Shown here in pieces: positions 43,901 through 53,015 of a stretch of 64,000 bases of DNA (positions within the stretch are counted from its first letter, which is position 1; every line of letters starts with the position of its first letter). The stretch lies in the IMG/VR virus record IMGVR_UViG_3300032523_001141, positions 1-64,000 of that record, one strand, 5' to 3'. The notes below the pieces were generated by a model. That model ran no database searches. It saw only the letters and a program-made list of their open reading frames with translations, and was not told the origin of the DNA. The translations under genes were made by a program, and so were the position numbers. Source of the DNA: a virus.

Positions 43901-46332
43901 CTAGCATTATCTGCCATGTTGTAACAGCCGTAATATGTTTTAATGCCGGTTAATCCGACATTTGTATAGCCGGCATACGAGTAACTCCAATTGCCGTCTG
44001 CCGTCAACCAGTCGTACCGGTCTGATAGCGTTATATTTTTTGAGTACGTTCGGGTCATCACGGCGTTGAACCACGTGCCGCCGTCCACGCTATAGCGAAT
44101 ATTTTCATAGCAATTTTTATTTGCGCCAAACGTCACGCGGTAACTTGCGGTATTGTTGGTGTAGCACTCTAAAAGCGCCACAGACGCAATAACAGCTCTG
44201 GGCTCGCATTCATCAACAACGCATGATAAAGCTGGTAAGCCAGACGTGTTAGATACGCTTGACGCGCTACTTAATGAGCTAGAGCTGTTTACTGCGCTAG
44301 CGCTAGAGCTTGATACAAGGCTAGAGCTAGAGCTTGATACATCGCTGGAGCTTGATACAAGGCTAGAGCTAGAGCTTGATACGTCGCTGGAGCTTGATAC
44401 AAGGCTAGAGCTAGAGCTTGATACGTCGCTGGAGCTTGATACAAGGCTAGAGCTTGATACAAGGCTAGAGCTTGATACAAGGCTAGAGCTGGAGCTTGAT
44501 ACAAGGCTAGAGTTTGATACGTCGCTGGAGCTTGATACAAGGCTAGAGCTTGATACAAGGCTAGAGGTGGAGCTTGATACAAGGCTGGAGCTTGATACAA
44601 GGCTAGAGCTAGACACCAAGCTAGAGCTGGAGCTTGATACAAGGCTGGAGCTGGATACCAGACTAGAGCTTGAAACCAAGCTGGAGCTTGAGCTTGATAC
44701 AGCGCTGGAACCGCCGCTATGCCCAACGCATGTTTCATCGCCGTTGGGCGTCTGGCAAGTGCCGTTGATTACCCGAACGGTGACACCGCGGTCGTGCACC
44801 ATAGAAACCAAAATGCTGTCACTTAAAGGTTCAACAGCCTTAAATTTTGTGGGCCATTCTGTGATGCTGTCAGGGCCTGCGATTTTGTCGCCCCGTGCGT
44901 CAAGACTGTATATGAAAAACAGCGCTGAATACGGCGGTACAAGTTGCCGCAGGTGTCGAATGTTGTACAAGCCGAGATTATTTTCACCCAACTCGGATAC
45001 GCGAATAAGCACAATTGCAGCATTATTGCGTAACACATTTTCAACAAGGAACTGCAGCGGGTTGATAGTAGCTGGCAGGTTCGCTGCGGCGGGCTCATCA
45101 GGCGCGTTTGGCCGCTTATCCAGCAAGTGCGCAAGCGTACCTTTGCGGATGTTTGTCGGGTCGCAGGGATTCGATACCGCGTCCAGCCGCGACTCAATCC
45201 CGCGGGCATGCATCTCGTCAAAGAAGCGTTTTAAATCATGCTGAAAACCGCCGAGCCTAAACGATACGTATGTGTAGCCGCTTTCGTGATTAGCGTCCAC
45301 AACCAGTGGCACGTCGATGTTTTCAAATATTAGGTCGCTGTAGTAGCAGTACGCAGTAAAACCGCGATCAAGCGCAAGCGCCTTAATCTCGTGCGGCACT
45401 TCAGCGCGATTTAACTCTACAAAACTAAAAGCGTTTGTTAAGCGGGCGCCGGCATGTACTGTGTCGCCAACGGAGACTATTGGCGTTGCGTCTGTCGCAA
45501 AACGATAAGCGTTTTTATCGGTAACAATGAGCAGGCCGCGGTTATCGCGCGTTATTAGCTCAACCACCTCAGTCGTTACCGCGAGCGGCACGTCAAGGAT
45601 CGCGGATAGCGCGTCTTCTATAACCGCCGCAGTTGCACCGCCGCCGATGAGGCCGTTTGTTATAGCGTTAACTAATTTTTTAGCGTTTTCTGAACTTGGA
45701 AGGTTAATGTTTACCGCGTACGCAAATTGATTGAACAAATATTTGTAGTCGAACTTTGCTTTGAACACCCACAGCGTAATTTCTTCGTCTACAAGCGTGT
45801 CGCCGTCGTATATGGGTTTGCGCAGTACGGTTTCAATCTCAAACGGATTTACGTTGAAAAGTATTACCGCTTTAATGCCGTCAACAATAAAATCCATGCC
45901 GGCTGTCAGCGCTACACTAGGGAACAGTAACCGGTCGTAGATCTGTCCGCCCGTCACAAGTTCGCTATTTATTGAAAACGCAAAGAAATCGCGACTGGCG
46001 GCGCTGTTAAAGTTTATAGGTACTCCCGCGCCGTAATAAATTTCTGGCTCGTCGAACGTGTAGTAGTTTGCCGCGGCTGCGTTCATTTGGCTTTTACGCA
46101 AAATGAGCGGGTACCAGTTTTCTGTGTGAAACAGCGGCATGCTGTAACGGCTAAGCGCGGCCACAGTCTCGAGTAGATTTAACTGAGTCTGGGCAACAGT
46201 GCGCGCTACTGCTTGTCCGTATGACTTTAACTGGTCTTTAGCTTCGTACGTGCGCGACCAGAAACTGCCCAAAGAGCTGAGTAGTTTGTCTGTATCGTCT
46301 AAGTCAGATGTTGGATATTTAAAATTTTGCAT
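40957..46332 (-). CDS. giant baseplate-associated multidomain protein (wedge-like N-terminus, Ser linkers, FGE/SUMF1-like domain, zinc metalloprotease)
   Basis: Directly after baseplate J; RFCNWLHN and EWFKAAFYKG...GYWDYA; HELGHALGIG plus PLENTGGSGTASGHWE and NELM. Confidence 0.8.
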   Translation of the reverse strand: MQNFKYPTSDLDDTDKLLSSLGSFWSRTYEAKDQLKSYGQAVARTVAQTQLNLLETVAALSRYSMPLFHTENWYPLILRKSQMNAAAANYYTFDEPEIYYGAGVPINFNSAASRDFFAFSINSELVTGGQIYDRLLFPSVALTAGMDFIVDGIKAVILFNVNPFEIETVLRKPIYDGDTLVDEEITLWVFKAKFDYKYLFNQFAYAVNINLPSSENAKKLVNAITNGLIGGGATAAVIEDALSAILDVPLAVTTEVVELITRDNRGLLIVTDKNAYRFATDATPIVSVGDTVHAGARLTNAFSFVELNRAEVPHEIKALALDRGFTAYCYYSDLIFENIDVPLVVDANHESGYTYVSFRLGGFQHDLKRFFDEMHARGIESRLDAVSNPCDPTNIRKGTLAHLLDKRPNAPDEPAAANLPATINPLQFLVENVLRNNAAIVLIRVSELGENNLGLYNIRHLRQLVPPYSALFFIYSLDARGDKIAGPDSITEWPTKFKAVEPLSDSILVSMVHDRGVTVRVINGTCQTPNGDETCVGHSGGSSAVSSSSSSLVSSSSLVSSSSLVSSSSSSLVSSSSLVSSSSLVSSSTSSLVSSSSLVSSSSDVSNSSLVSSSSSSLVSSSSLVSSSSLVSSSSDVSSSSSSLVSSSSDVSSSSSSLVSSSSDVSSSSSSLVSSSSASAVNSSSSLSSASSVSNTSGLPALSCVVDECEPRAVIASVALLECYTNNTASYRVTFGANKNCYENIRYSVDGGTWFNAVMTRTYSKNITLSDRYDWLTADGNWSYSYAGYTNVGLTGIKTYYGCYNMADNARELTESCILGHGPALSLNPSEGRQGFGSLATFMPYPPVKDATATELLTPTDTNIKLDGPFGGIRLASITDPLAYGCFVTVADSGNSAHTVATRDATDLMGSTYPYAVGRTIGQVNYTYKLHKFELTRRQYVEFLNTCFTSDANNLAYTASCPNSVDPWACAGILRNGVNGNYTYTLAAVGHQGGGQSGNSADYEELPAIMSLEMSLRFCNWLHNRVTNLNSTYTDDGAYDLTLLPVYAPGEPKNGFVLNGDGDRIPLITRKAGAHYFIPNADEWFKAAFYKGGNTNAGYWDYAYSADGPTAADQLQNKLIVDACSLTADDQISVIRCMDNNTFNPLRFNCDCVDCSNAVVDIIATSVGSDICFKAFATTDCESDPVCVPITCPTIDLPVLPCVVNEDYLVTIKYSGTEGPCPGNHSCNAAIFDFYVNNVFIGTADLNNGGQHGGGDRSADMALNLTTIPPNANNEYDLELRCASQDAEGNYRCHVGIAWLRVWSASDPLGRGGTPIIDTCVPNDQVIAAQICSSSSSSDSSSSSSSSSSSSSSCAVLADLESYVLNVSVNTEGTCTNSTWPITISAQDTLVGTMTLSEASDSTPSNPKLTGSANIVLPAGLSPFSAPGTRPPSVAYVFGISSEGPESLNCDNIVITVTLLAPDNSTIIYSDTGNNNTVIDFYFYPDCISSSSSISSSSSSSSGISSSSLNSSQTAQNLFDATSWAAVAEPYKAYLNVANARWSSKLQINAQKYATIVNYYSANTVWAGIALNSITYFNNPASDTIASCSLTDVLDFSTGGPDTYVPTYFDLTINEAFVESATFWQTVIAHELGHALGIGSLWSAANFALNGSVYTNTQTAYNGITTLTRYYTPLENTGGSGTASGHWENSYRPAAPGETDPNLAVSFYGVQNELMVGAILQNPGSMVLSRLTLQALVDIGFELIGTPEADPAPVTGAQFMAAGDSPGFCGHTVHTPNIITLPGFGSSSSSA
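44270..44705. repeat. 18/27-nt degenerate tandem repeats encoding (LVSSSS[SS])n and (DVSSSS)n
   Basis: GAGCTTGATACAAGGCTA units repeated many times. Confidence 0.9.
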
Positions 46333-46337
46333 TTGGT

Positions 46338-48008
46338 TTAGTCGCTAAAACCCGATGTTATATCCACCGCTATTTCGATATCCTCTTCAGCAGCGTAAAA
46401 CACAGTGGTTCTGGAGCTAATCATATTTTCTGGGTCGTTCGGGATATCTATACGGGCGGGGTCGCGCAGGAATATGACCCGCCCGTCGGGACGAACTAAA
46501 CGCCCAAAAATATCAATGTCTGTAACGGATTGCTGCCCGCTTAAATACTGATGCGCGGCGCTGCTGATCACAGACGCCGACAACTGGCCTGCAAACCCTA
46601 CTTTGGCCACGGCCGCGGCGACCGCTTTTTTAATTGCGGCAAAATCCGGCAACGTGTCATTTGCGGCGCGCCTAATCTTGAACGCTATCGTTGTGAAGCA
46701 GGGAATAGCGGCCCGAACCAGCACGTCCGCAGCACGGCACCGTACGTCGCGACCAGATAGAAAATCTTGCAGCTCGCCGATAAGCGGTAAACCGGTTGTA
46801 GTCACCGCGTATACCTCGGTTTGGCCGGTGGTTACTGTGTTCGGCTGCACCATCGTGTCAATAAAATCTATTGTGAGCGTTTTGAATCGCGTGTATGCGC
46901 TTTCGCTAACCGAGGCAATATCCGGCTTGTAGTTCATGTCACGAAAGCTATAGCCGGGAACTGTGTTAACAATCTCGTAGCCGGTGCTGCTTTTGTCATT
47001 GATGCGCGCAACTCGTGTTATGGCGTAAAAGCCCGGCGCTGTTTTGTGGTTAACAAAAATACGCCAAACAGTCCCGGCCGTGTTGTCGCCAACAGTGACG
47101 GGCCGGACGTAATTGGCTGTAAGCAGGTGATCTACACGTTGAGAGGTGTCATTTGTTTGTACGTAGATATCTACGCGACCGCCGCCAGAAATAGGAAATA
47201 AGCCGCGCTGATCTCGTTTTTGCTCAGAGTCCCCGAACCCGACTACAGATACGTGCCTGATATTTTGAAATTCAGGTTGCGATTTTATTAGCGCTAAGAA
47301 CGACTTCCTGCCGCCAATTGTTTTTGCGGCTAATCCTTCTGGCAGCCTAGCGATATATTCTGCGTTCGTGGGCGGGTCTGTGCCATCAGTAAAGTCAGAC
47401 GCCGCGTAAATTGCTTTAACGTTACTGGGCGCAATGCTAGGAACAAACGCTGTACCGGTTGTAATGTTTCCCGAAATGCCGAGCGTTGTCGCGTAAACTG
47501 CAATTTTAAACGCGTAGGAGCCGTCGCCTACCGGCACCATTGATCGCGTTCCTTCTGCCGCGGTACTCTCGCCGGGCGGAACACCGATATATGTGCGCGC
47601 TGGTAAGAATGTTAAACCGTTGGCGGTGAACTGGATTAAACTACTGATCTGCGTATTTACGGCTTGGTTCACTACAACAACGGCCTCACCGACAGCTGCG
47701 GCCCCGGCCCCGCGCGATAAGTTGTAGTTGGACAGCACCTGATCTACTATCGTGTCGTCCGCCAGCGCTGGATTTTGTGTAATAGCTAGCAGGCTATTGC
47801 TTTGACGTACGCGCTCAATGTTTTCGCGCACGGCGGCGTTTAGCACGCTATTAAAGTACAGCACTAAGTCGTGAAATGCGCCGCGAGACAGCTCCACTTC
47901 TGGATGCCGCTCTTGCATAAGTTGCTTAAAAAATTCAAGCGTTTCAGTTACGCGCGCTGTGTCAAGCTCGTCAATGCTGGTTACTGTAAGTGCCATAATG
48001 TTAGCCAA
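46338..48008 (-). CDS. baseplate J/gp47-like wedge protein
   Basis: GISGNI, FTDGTDPPTNAEYIARL and GGRVDIYV motifs; follows the gp25-like gene. Confidence 0.8.
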   Translation of the reverse strand: MANIMALTVTSIDELDTARVTETLEFFKQLMQERHPEVELSRGAFHDLVLYFNSVLNAAVRENIERVRQSNSLLAITQNPALADDTIVDQVLSNYNLSRGAGAAAVGEAVVVVNQAVNTQISSLIQFTANGLTFLPARTYIGVPPGESTAAEGTRSMVPVGDGSYAFKIAVYATTLGISGNITTGTAFVPSIAPSNVKAIYAASDFTDGTDPPTNAEYIARLPEGLAAKTIGGRKSFLALIKSQPEFQNIRHVSVVGFGDSEQKRDQRGLFPISGGGRVDIYVQTNDTSQRVDHLLTANYVRPVTVGDNTAGTVWRIFVNHKTAPGFYAITRVARINDKSSTGYEIVNTVPGYSFRDMNYKPDIASVSESAYTRFKTLTIDFIDTMVQPNTVTTGQTEVYAVTTTGLPLIGELQDFLSGRDVRCRAADVLVRAAIPCFTTIAFKIRRAANDTLPDFAAIKKAVAAAVAKVGFAGQLSASVISSAAHQYLSGQQSVTDIDIFGRLVRPDGRVIFLRDPARIDIPNDPENMISSRTTVFYAAEEDIEIAVDITSGFSD

Positions 48009-48480
48009 TGCTTTGGGGTAATGTTGATATAGGCAAAATTATATCGCGGGCTGTGCCTGCACGGCTTAATATTACCACACGGATATTTGCATATCCGGGC
48101 AAAAAAGCCACCGAAGATAACAATGCCACGCCAATACGCTCGTCGTCGGGCCATGTATCGTCTTCTTCCCGGCTTAAATTCGTGCGGGCTGTGAAGGAGG
48201 CAAAGCTAAATGCCGCTTGCACGTCCACCGACGATCGCAACCGCCCGGAGCGTACGTCGGCCATAAAATCAGTGCCTCGGGCGGGCAGCGCGGGCATTGA
48301 GCCCCGCTCTGTTAAAAACTCCAGCAACCAGCGCTGGGTCAGTTTTTGCACGCCAACCGCTATTTGCCCCGCCGCTTCTGCGGAAAACAAGGCAAATCCC
48401 AACTGACTGTCGCCAGTGGGTTTTACGTCGCGCAGCGCCAGGAAATCGTATTTGCGATTTGCGTAGTCGGCAATACTCAT
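48001..48480 (-). CDS. gp25/GpW-like baseplate (sheath initiator) protein
   Basis: GVQKLTQRWLLEFLTERGS.P..P.RGT; size and synteny. Confidence 0.7.
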   Translation of the reverse strand: MSIADYANRKYDFLALRDVKPTGDSQLGFALFSAEAAGQIAVGVQKLTQRWLLEFLTERGSMPALPARGTDFMADVRSGRLRSSVDVQAAFSFASFTARTNLSREEDDTWPDDERIGVALLSSVAFLPGYANIRVVILSRAGTARDIILPISTLPQSIG

Positions 48481-48503
48481 TTTATTACTCCGGAAGCTCA
48501 GCT

Positions 48504-48971
48504 TTATTCGCCTGAGACGGCTCCCTCGTTTAGCCGATTCTCAATATCGTTTTTTATCATTGAAAACACGCCTTCATTTGTTTTCCCGTGCCCGTCTAGC
48601 CGGCCGTGGGCCATAGCCGCACATCGTGTGCTAGACGCGTGCCGCAGCCTCCACGCGCGCTCCTCCACAGCCATAAAATCAATTTGTCGCTTGCACGCAA
48701 TAAGGTCGCCTACTACGCCACTATTTTTTTGCTCTACCGCTACAACCTCGTCGGAGTACAGCCTGTTAAGCGCGTCCCGATTCCACACGGGCTCGTGCAG
48801 ATTGGGCACATCGAGCAGATCTTTGGTTTTCATGTCTTCTGGCGTATGCCACGGCCGCAAGCCGCTCTGCGACTTAAACTGATCGCTTTGCTGCTGCGCT
48901 TTTTTTTCTAGCTCGGCAATGCGGGCTTTGAATTTATCTTCCAGCCTGCCTTTTGGTTTTCCGTGCGCCAT
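48504..48971 (-). CDS. hypothetical protein
   Basis: Coupled to the sigma gene stop. Confidence 0.7.
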   Translation of the reverse strand: MAHGKPKGRLEDKFKARIAELEKKAQQQSDQFKSQSGLRPWHTPEDMKTKDLLDVPNLHEPVWNRDALNRLYSDEVVAVEQKNSGVVGDLIACKRQIDFMAVEERAWRLRHASSTRCAAMAHGRLDGHGKTNEGVFSMIKNDIENRLNEGAVSGE

Positions 48972-49778
48972 TTAAAATCCTCGCTTATCTAGCATTTCTT
49001 GAATCTTTGCTGCGCGCTGACTTACCGCGCCGGGAGTAATATTTAACTTTTGCGCAATCTCTTGCACGCTGGCGCGGCTGCGTCCATTGCGCCCAAGTGC
49101 CATGTCCATGATCAGTTTATTAGGCGGGCTTAAGTCGCCGTATACAAAATCGGCCCACGCGTCCTGCTCTTTATTCTGCCCGGGTATTTTGCTGGCAACT
49201 CCGCCGCTATCTGCGTAATCGTCTGCTGTCTCAATCACAGTCGAGCCCTCGGCGATCGGTTTGTGGAACTGCCGAATTTTCTTTATCCTCCGCACCGATA
49301 AGCCGATATCGTCTGCGATTTCGTCGTCGCTGGGGTCACGACTAAGCCGATCACGCAGCGAGTTTTCTGCCTCTGTTAACTTTTGAAAATCTAGGCCGAC
49401 TTGTTCTGGTATTCCTATAATGTTTTGTTCTTGCGCTGCTAGCCGGCGCAGACTTTGCATTTGCGATAACAAATGCGTTTTTACGTTTCCGCGAACCGGA
49501 TCAAATGTTTGCAGCGCTTTAAGCGCCATCAACCGCGCCCGGCTGCGCATTGCTGGTGACGGGTTAGCTCCGGCATAGCTAGACACAGCCGTATCCACAA
49601 TCGGTTGAATTTCAGCTAATATGTTTGTGTTTTGCTCAGGTGTTTGATTTTTAAACCAGTTAGCGTGCATGCTGCCAAAATCCACGCCAGCAGCAGGTGG
49701 CTTTTGCTCAGAGAACGGTTTGGGGATATCGCCTAGTATGGACGGCATTCCGGCGTTTTGCGGTGATTGAATATTCAT
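48972..49778 (-). CDS. sigma-70 family RNA polymerase sigma factor
   Basis: Region 2 LKALQTFDPVRG; IGIPE; region 3 LSRDPSDDEIADDIGLS; region 4 SVQEIAQKLNITPGAVSQ. Confidence 0.85.
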   Translation of the reverse strand: MNIQSPQNAGMPSILGDIPKPFSEQKPPAAGVDFGSMHANWFKNQTPEQNTNILAEIQPIVDTAVSSYAGANPSPAMRSRARLMALKALQTFDPVRGNVKTHLLSQMQSLRRLAAQEQNIIGIPEQVGLDFQKLTEAENSLRDRLSRDPSDDEIADDIGLSVRRIKKIRQFHKPIAEGSTVIETADDYADSGGVASKIPGQNKEQDAWADFVYGDLSPPNKLIMDMALGRNGRSRASVQEIAQKLNITPGAVSQRAAKIQEMLDKRGF

Positions 49779-49783
49779 TGTTG

Positions 49784-51457
49784 TTATTCCGGAATTGCTA
49801 ACGGGCCGTCGTGCCATGGGTCGCCGTCTGCGTATAGCGGGGGCTTTTCCACGGAGTACACTTCCGACGTACTTTCTGTTTCTGTTTTTGTGTGGGCAAT
49901 AGCAAACGATGTGCCGGCTGTGCTGCGCTCTGCGTTTATCACGTAAGACGCCGACATAACGGACGCGATTACAAACTCCTCCGGGTTTTCAGCAGCTTTT
50001 TCTCTGTTTTCGTCGCGTTTGGGTAAAACAATTTTAACGATACTGCCGGGCGCTATATCAAAACGAAGCGGACCAGATAACTCACCATAGCGCTGCTGTA
50101 GCACCTCACTCACAAACCAGTGCTGTGCAAACGCGTCTAACGTCGATATATTTGATTCGTAAGCCTCGCCCGCGGGCGCTGGTACGTCCGGCCCGGTGCC
50201 AGCTTTTGTGCCAGCAGCAGGGGCAGCCGCAGTTCGAGAGCCGACGACGGCTTGAGACGCAGAAACGGCCGCAGCGCCAAGGTTAGCAAACCACGCTGGC
50301 GGAGCTTTAAAAAGTTTTAAGCCGCGTTTAGTTTCCGGCGTTGTGCTTGTTGGGTATGTCGCAAAAGCGCGGTAATAGCCGATTGGTTTTGGCGCGGAGG
50401 CTGGCGAGTCCACACGACCACCGCCAACTTTTGAATCTAGCGGATAGCAGATAACAACTGACTCTAAAATTTGCGACATATTTGCGTTGAAGTTACCGTA
50501 ACTGTATTCAGCTGCGGTTATTTTCTTGCCGCCATCTTTCCACCGCAGGCCCGCGCAAAAAGGAATTGGCAGCGCCCAATCAACCGCCGGAGACACAGCA
50601 AACAAAAATTGCGCTGCATATTCTGTAATCAGTTTTGACCAAAAACTATTTTGCGCGTACGAGTCGCCGATTGTTTTTGTGAAATACTCAGACAGCGAAA
50701 TTGTCAGTCCTGTGTTAGAGCCAGCTGCGCTCACATAAAACTGCAGCGGTTTATAGTACGCCGCGCCAGTTCCGGGCATCCGCTCTAACGCTTTTTTCGC
50801 TGCGTTATTTAATTCTAATTCCTTACCGCTGTCGGGAACTACACCCGGTTGTTGCACTGTAGACGCAAACCCCGCAATTTTTTCAAACAGCGGCTTAATA
50901 GCTTTTTGCCATAAATCACCGCGTATGTTTGCAACACTAAAGAAACCGCTAGCAAAACCTGGGGTACCGCCAGCAGACGGCGTTTGAGCATATCGCTCCT
51001 GCACGGCCGCCTGCGCGTAATCCATCGGCGCCCCGGGGAACCAGTTGCCGTTAATAGCCGAAGAGTTGTTTAAGTCGTCGAGCCAGTGAACCAGATTGAT
51101 CACGTAGTTGGCTTGATTAATCGAGCGCTGATAGCCTATCCCGGCCAAAAACCCGTCAAATATTTTAAACGTGCCTTCTTGTACTTTTGTGGTGTCTCCT
51201 CCGCCCGTTGTTATTTTTAACCTAACCTCAACCTTCTGCCGCGGTTTTAATTTGCTTTTTAGGTCGTGAATTGAGGCGGCTTTGCCGGTTATCGGGTTGT
51301 AGCCGGTTGCAAGTATTAACGAGGCCGTCGGTATCGTATTAAGCGCGAATGACGCAGACGCCGACACGATATCCGGAATTTCCGCGACGAGGCTGCCGTC
51401 ATCTTCATAGACGGTAGCCCACACCTTAAATTTTGCGGAGACGTACTTGTCAGCCAT
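49784..51457 (-). CDS. putative baseplate hub (gp27/GpD-like)
   Basis: IFDGFLAG, GELSGPLRFDIAPGSIVKI and V.SASYVI pattern; synteny. Confidence 0.65.
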   Translation of the reverse strand: MADKYVSAKFKVWATVYEDDGSLVAEIPDIVSASASFALNTIPTASLILATGYNPITGKAASIHDLKSKLKPRQKVEVRLKITTGGGDTTKVQEGTFKIFDGFLAGIGYQRSINQANYVINLVHWLDDLNNSSAINGNWFPGAPMDYAQAAVQERYAQTPSAGGTPGFASGFFSVANIRGDLWQKAIKPLFEKIAGFASTVQQPGVVPDSGKELELNNAAKKALERMPGTGAAYYKPLQFYVSAAGSNTGLTISLSEYFTKTIGDSYAQNSFWSKLITEYAAQFLFAVSPAVDWALPIPFCAGLRWKDGGKKITAAEYSYGNFNANMSQILESVVICYPLDSKVGGGRVDSPASAPKPIGYYRAFATYPTSTTPETKRGLKLFKAPPAWFANLGAAAVSASQAVVGSRTAAAPAAGTKAGTGPDVPAPAGEAYESNISTLDAFAQHWFVSEVLQQRYGELSGPLRFDIAPGSIVKIVLPKRDENREKAAENPEEFVIASVMSASYVINAERSTAGTSFAIAHTKTETESTSEVYSVEKPPLYADGDPWHDGPLAIPE

Positions 51458-52454
51458 TTTTTAACTCGTTTGTGCGGTAAATCATGGCTAGGGTAAACGC
51501 GGCTAGGCGGTATCCCGGGTCAGAGTTATCAAACCAGATATTTTTAAACGTGGCGTATGGCTCTATGTTATTTTGCACGCCAAACAGCTCGAGATATGTC
51601 GGCTCGCCCAAAAACTCTAGCTGTGGCAGGCATGTCGTAACTGCGCTACCGGGACGCGAGTAAACACGCACCGTCCAGCTCGACAGCAGTACGGGCGCCA
51701 ACACTATTTCCATTCTGCGCCGCATAGCGAGCACTTCTGGCGTTGTGTCTGTTTCAAGAATAACGCGGTCATCTGTTTCTTGCAGTAAAAACCAAAAAGG
51801 CGGTAGGTCGTCTGCGTCAAAATCTTCTAGCAACATCTGCGGAACGTCGCCGTATATGTCCGCCACGCGAAACTCAAGATCACTATCAAACAAAGGAATA
51901 GGCGCCGACAAGTCGCTAATTGGGATATCTCCGGCAGTAAGCGCGAGCGTGTTTTCGCCGTTACTCATCCACGGAACCAGCTCGTTTGTGGATTTTTTAG
52001 ACGCTTCGGCGGTTACTTTGATTTTCTGCTCAGTACCTTCACTGATAAGTTGGATGTAGTATTCGCGAAATGCGCGGCCTTGCATATTGTCAGGATTTAT
52101 TTGCCCGTTGAAGTAAATACGGGCGTTGTGCGCGCCGGCAGTGCGGTTGTACGTGAGTTGCTTTTGCGCCGTGTAAAACGGGCTAATGTTTTGCGGCCAG
52201 TATGTTACGCGGGGATCTAACGCGTAAATAAACTCAGCCAGCTCTGTCTGGTGAATTAGACTGAGTAGTTCGTGCGCCCGAAAGTTCATAAAAACTTTGT
52301 CCGGATTTGCGCCAAATAATATCTTGTGCGGTAAGGCCAAGTATGACGGCAAAACGACCGGTGCGTATGTCGGGATGTACTCTTCTCCTAGCATGCCGGG
52401 CAGATAAGCCGTGCTTGGAATATTGAGCAGTAACGTTCGTGCGTGATTGATCAT
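51450..52454 (-). CDS. tail/baseplate-region hypothetical protein
   Basis: Start MINHARTLL at 52454; synteny. Confidence 0.7.
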   Translation of the reverse strand: MINHARTLLLNIPSTAYLPGMLGEEYIPTYAPVVLPSYLALPHKILFGANPDKVFMNFRAHELLSLIHQTELAEFIYALDPRVTYWPQNISPFYTAQKQLTYNRTAGAHNARIYFNGQINPDNMQGRAFREYYIQLISEGTEQKIKVTAEASKKSTNELVPWMSNGENTLALTAGDIPISDLSAPIPLFDSDLEFRVADIYGDVPQMLLEDFDADDLPPFWFLLQETDDRVILETDTTPEVLAMRRRMEIVLAPVLLSSWTVRVYSRPGSAVTTCLPQLEFLGEPTYLELFGVQNNIEPYATFKNIWFDNSDPGYRLAAFTLAMIYRTNELKNG

Positions 52455-52474
52455 ATAGTTGCTGCGTCGTGAAA

Positions 52475-52993
52475 TTAGACTACTCCCCCGCCGGCGTCGC
52501 CAAGGTAAGTGTCTGTTAGCGGGGCCGTAAGTGGCGGAGCGTCGAGGATCACACTGTACTGCAGCGTCCACTGCATAATCGGAAACGCCGGATTTGGTAT
52601 GTCCATTCGAATACCAGTTAAAAATCCGAGTAACACGCCATAACCGGCGGCAGTAATAGTAGTTGGCGTTAACGTGCGCGCTAGCCGGTTATTCATGTAA
52701 TAACCGTATACGCCACTTGGGTTTCCGCCTGCTTGTGTCATGCATTCAGTAAAACCGATCCCAGATAACGTAAGCTGGCCAAGCCTGTCACCAAACGAGT
52801 ACACATAAATAAACTCATCTAGGGTGTGTAGGAACTGATGGTTTGTGCCAAGATCTAATGAAAACCCTGTGATCGGCACCGTGGCGCTGAAGTTTTCAAC
52901 TTTAATGGCGACAATTCGGTCTGTGCTTGTGCAATTATTGTTTTCGGCTTTAACGCGCAACACGCCGCCTTCACATGGTACAAATACTGACAT
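52475..52993 (-). CDS. tail tube-like initiator protein
   Basis: FIYVYSFGDRLGQLTLSG; follows the tape measure gene. Confidence 0.6.
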   Translation of the reverse strand: MSVFVPCEGGVLRVKAENNNCTSTDRIVAIKVENFSATVPITGFSLDLGTNHQFLHTLDEFIYVYSFGDRLGQLTLSGIGFTECMTQAGGNPSGVYGYYMNNRLARTLTPTTITAAGYGVLLGFLTGIRMDIPNPAFPIMQWTLQYSVILDAPPLTAPLTDTYLGDAGGGVV

Positions 52994-53015
52994 AATTTAA
53001 CTCGTTGTGCGGTGT

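Noticed and set aside
43020-44015. Diversity-generating retroelement targeting the FGE/C-lectin domain
   Set aside because: No reverse transcriptase and no adenine-mismatched template repeat seen in this window; cannot be excluded elsewhere in the genome
44246-45244. 332-aa plus-strand LELDTR repeat ORF
   Set aside because: Antisense of the (LVSSSS)n linker in the 1791-aa gene; no RBS or operon context
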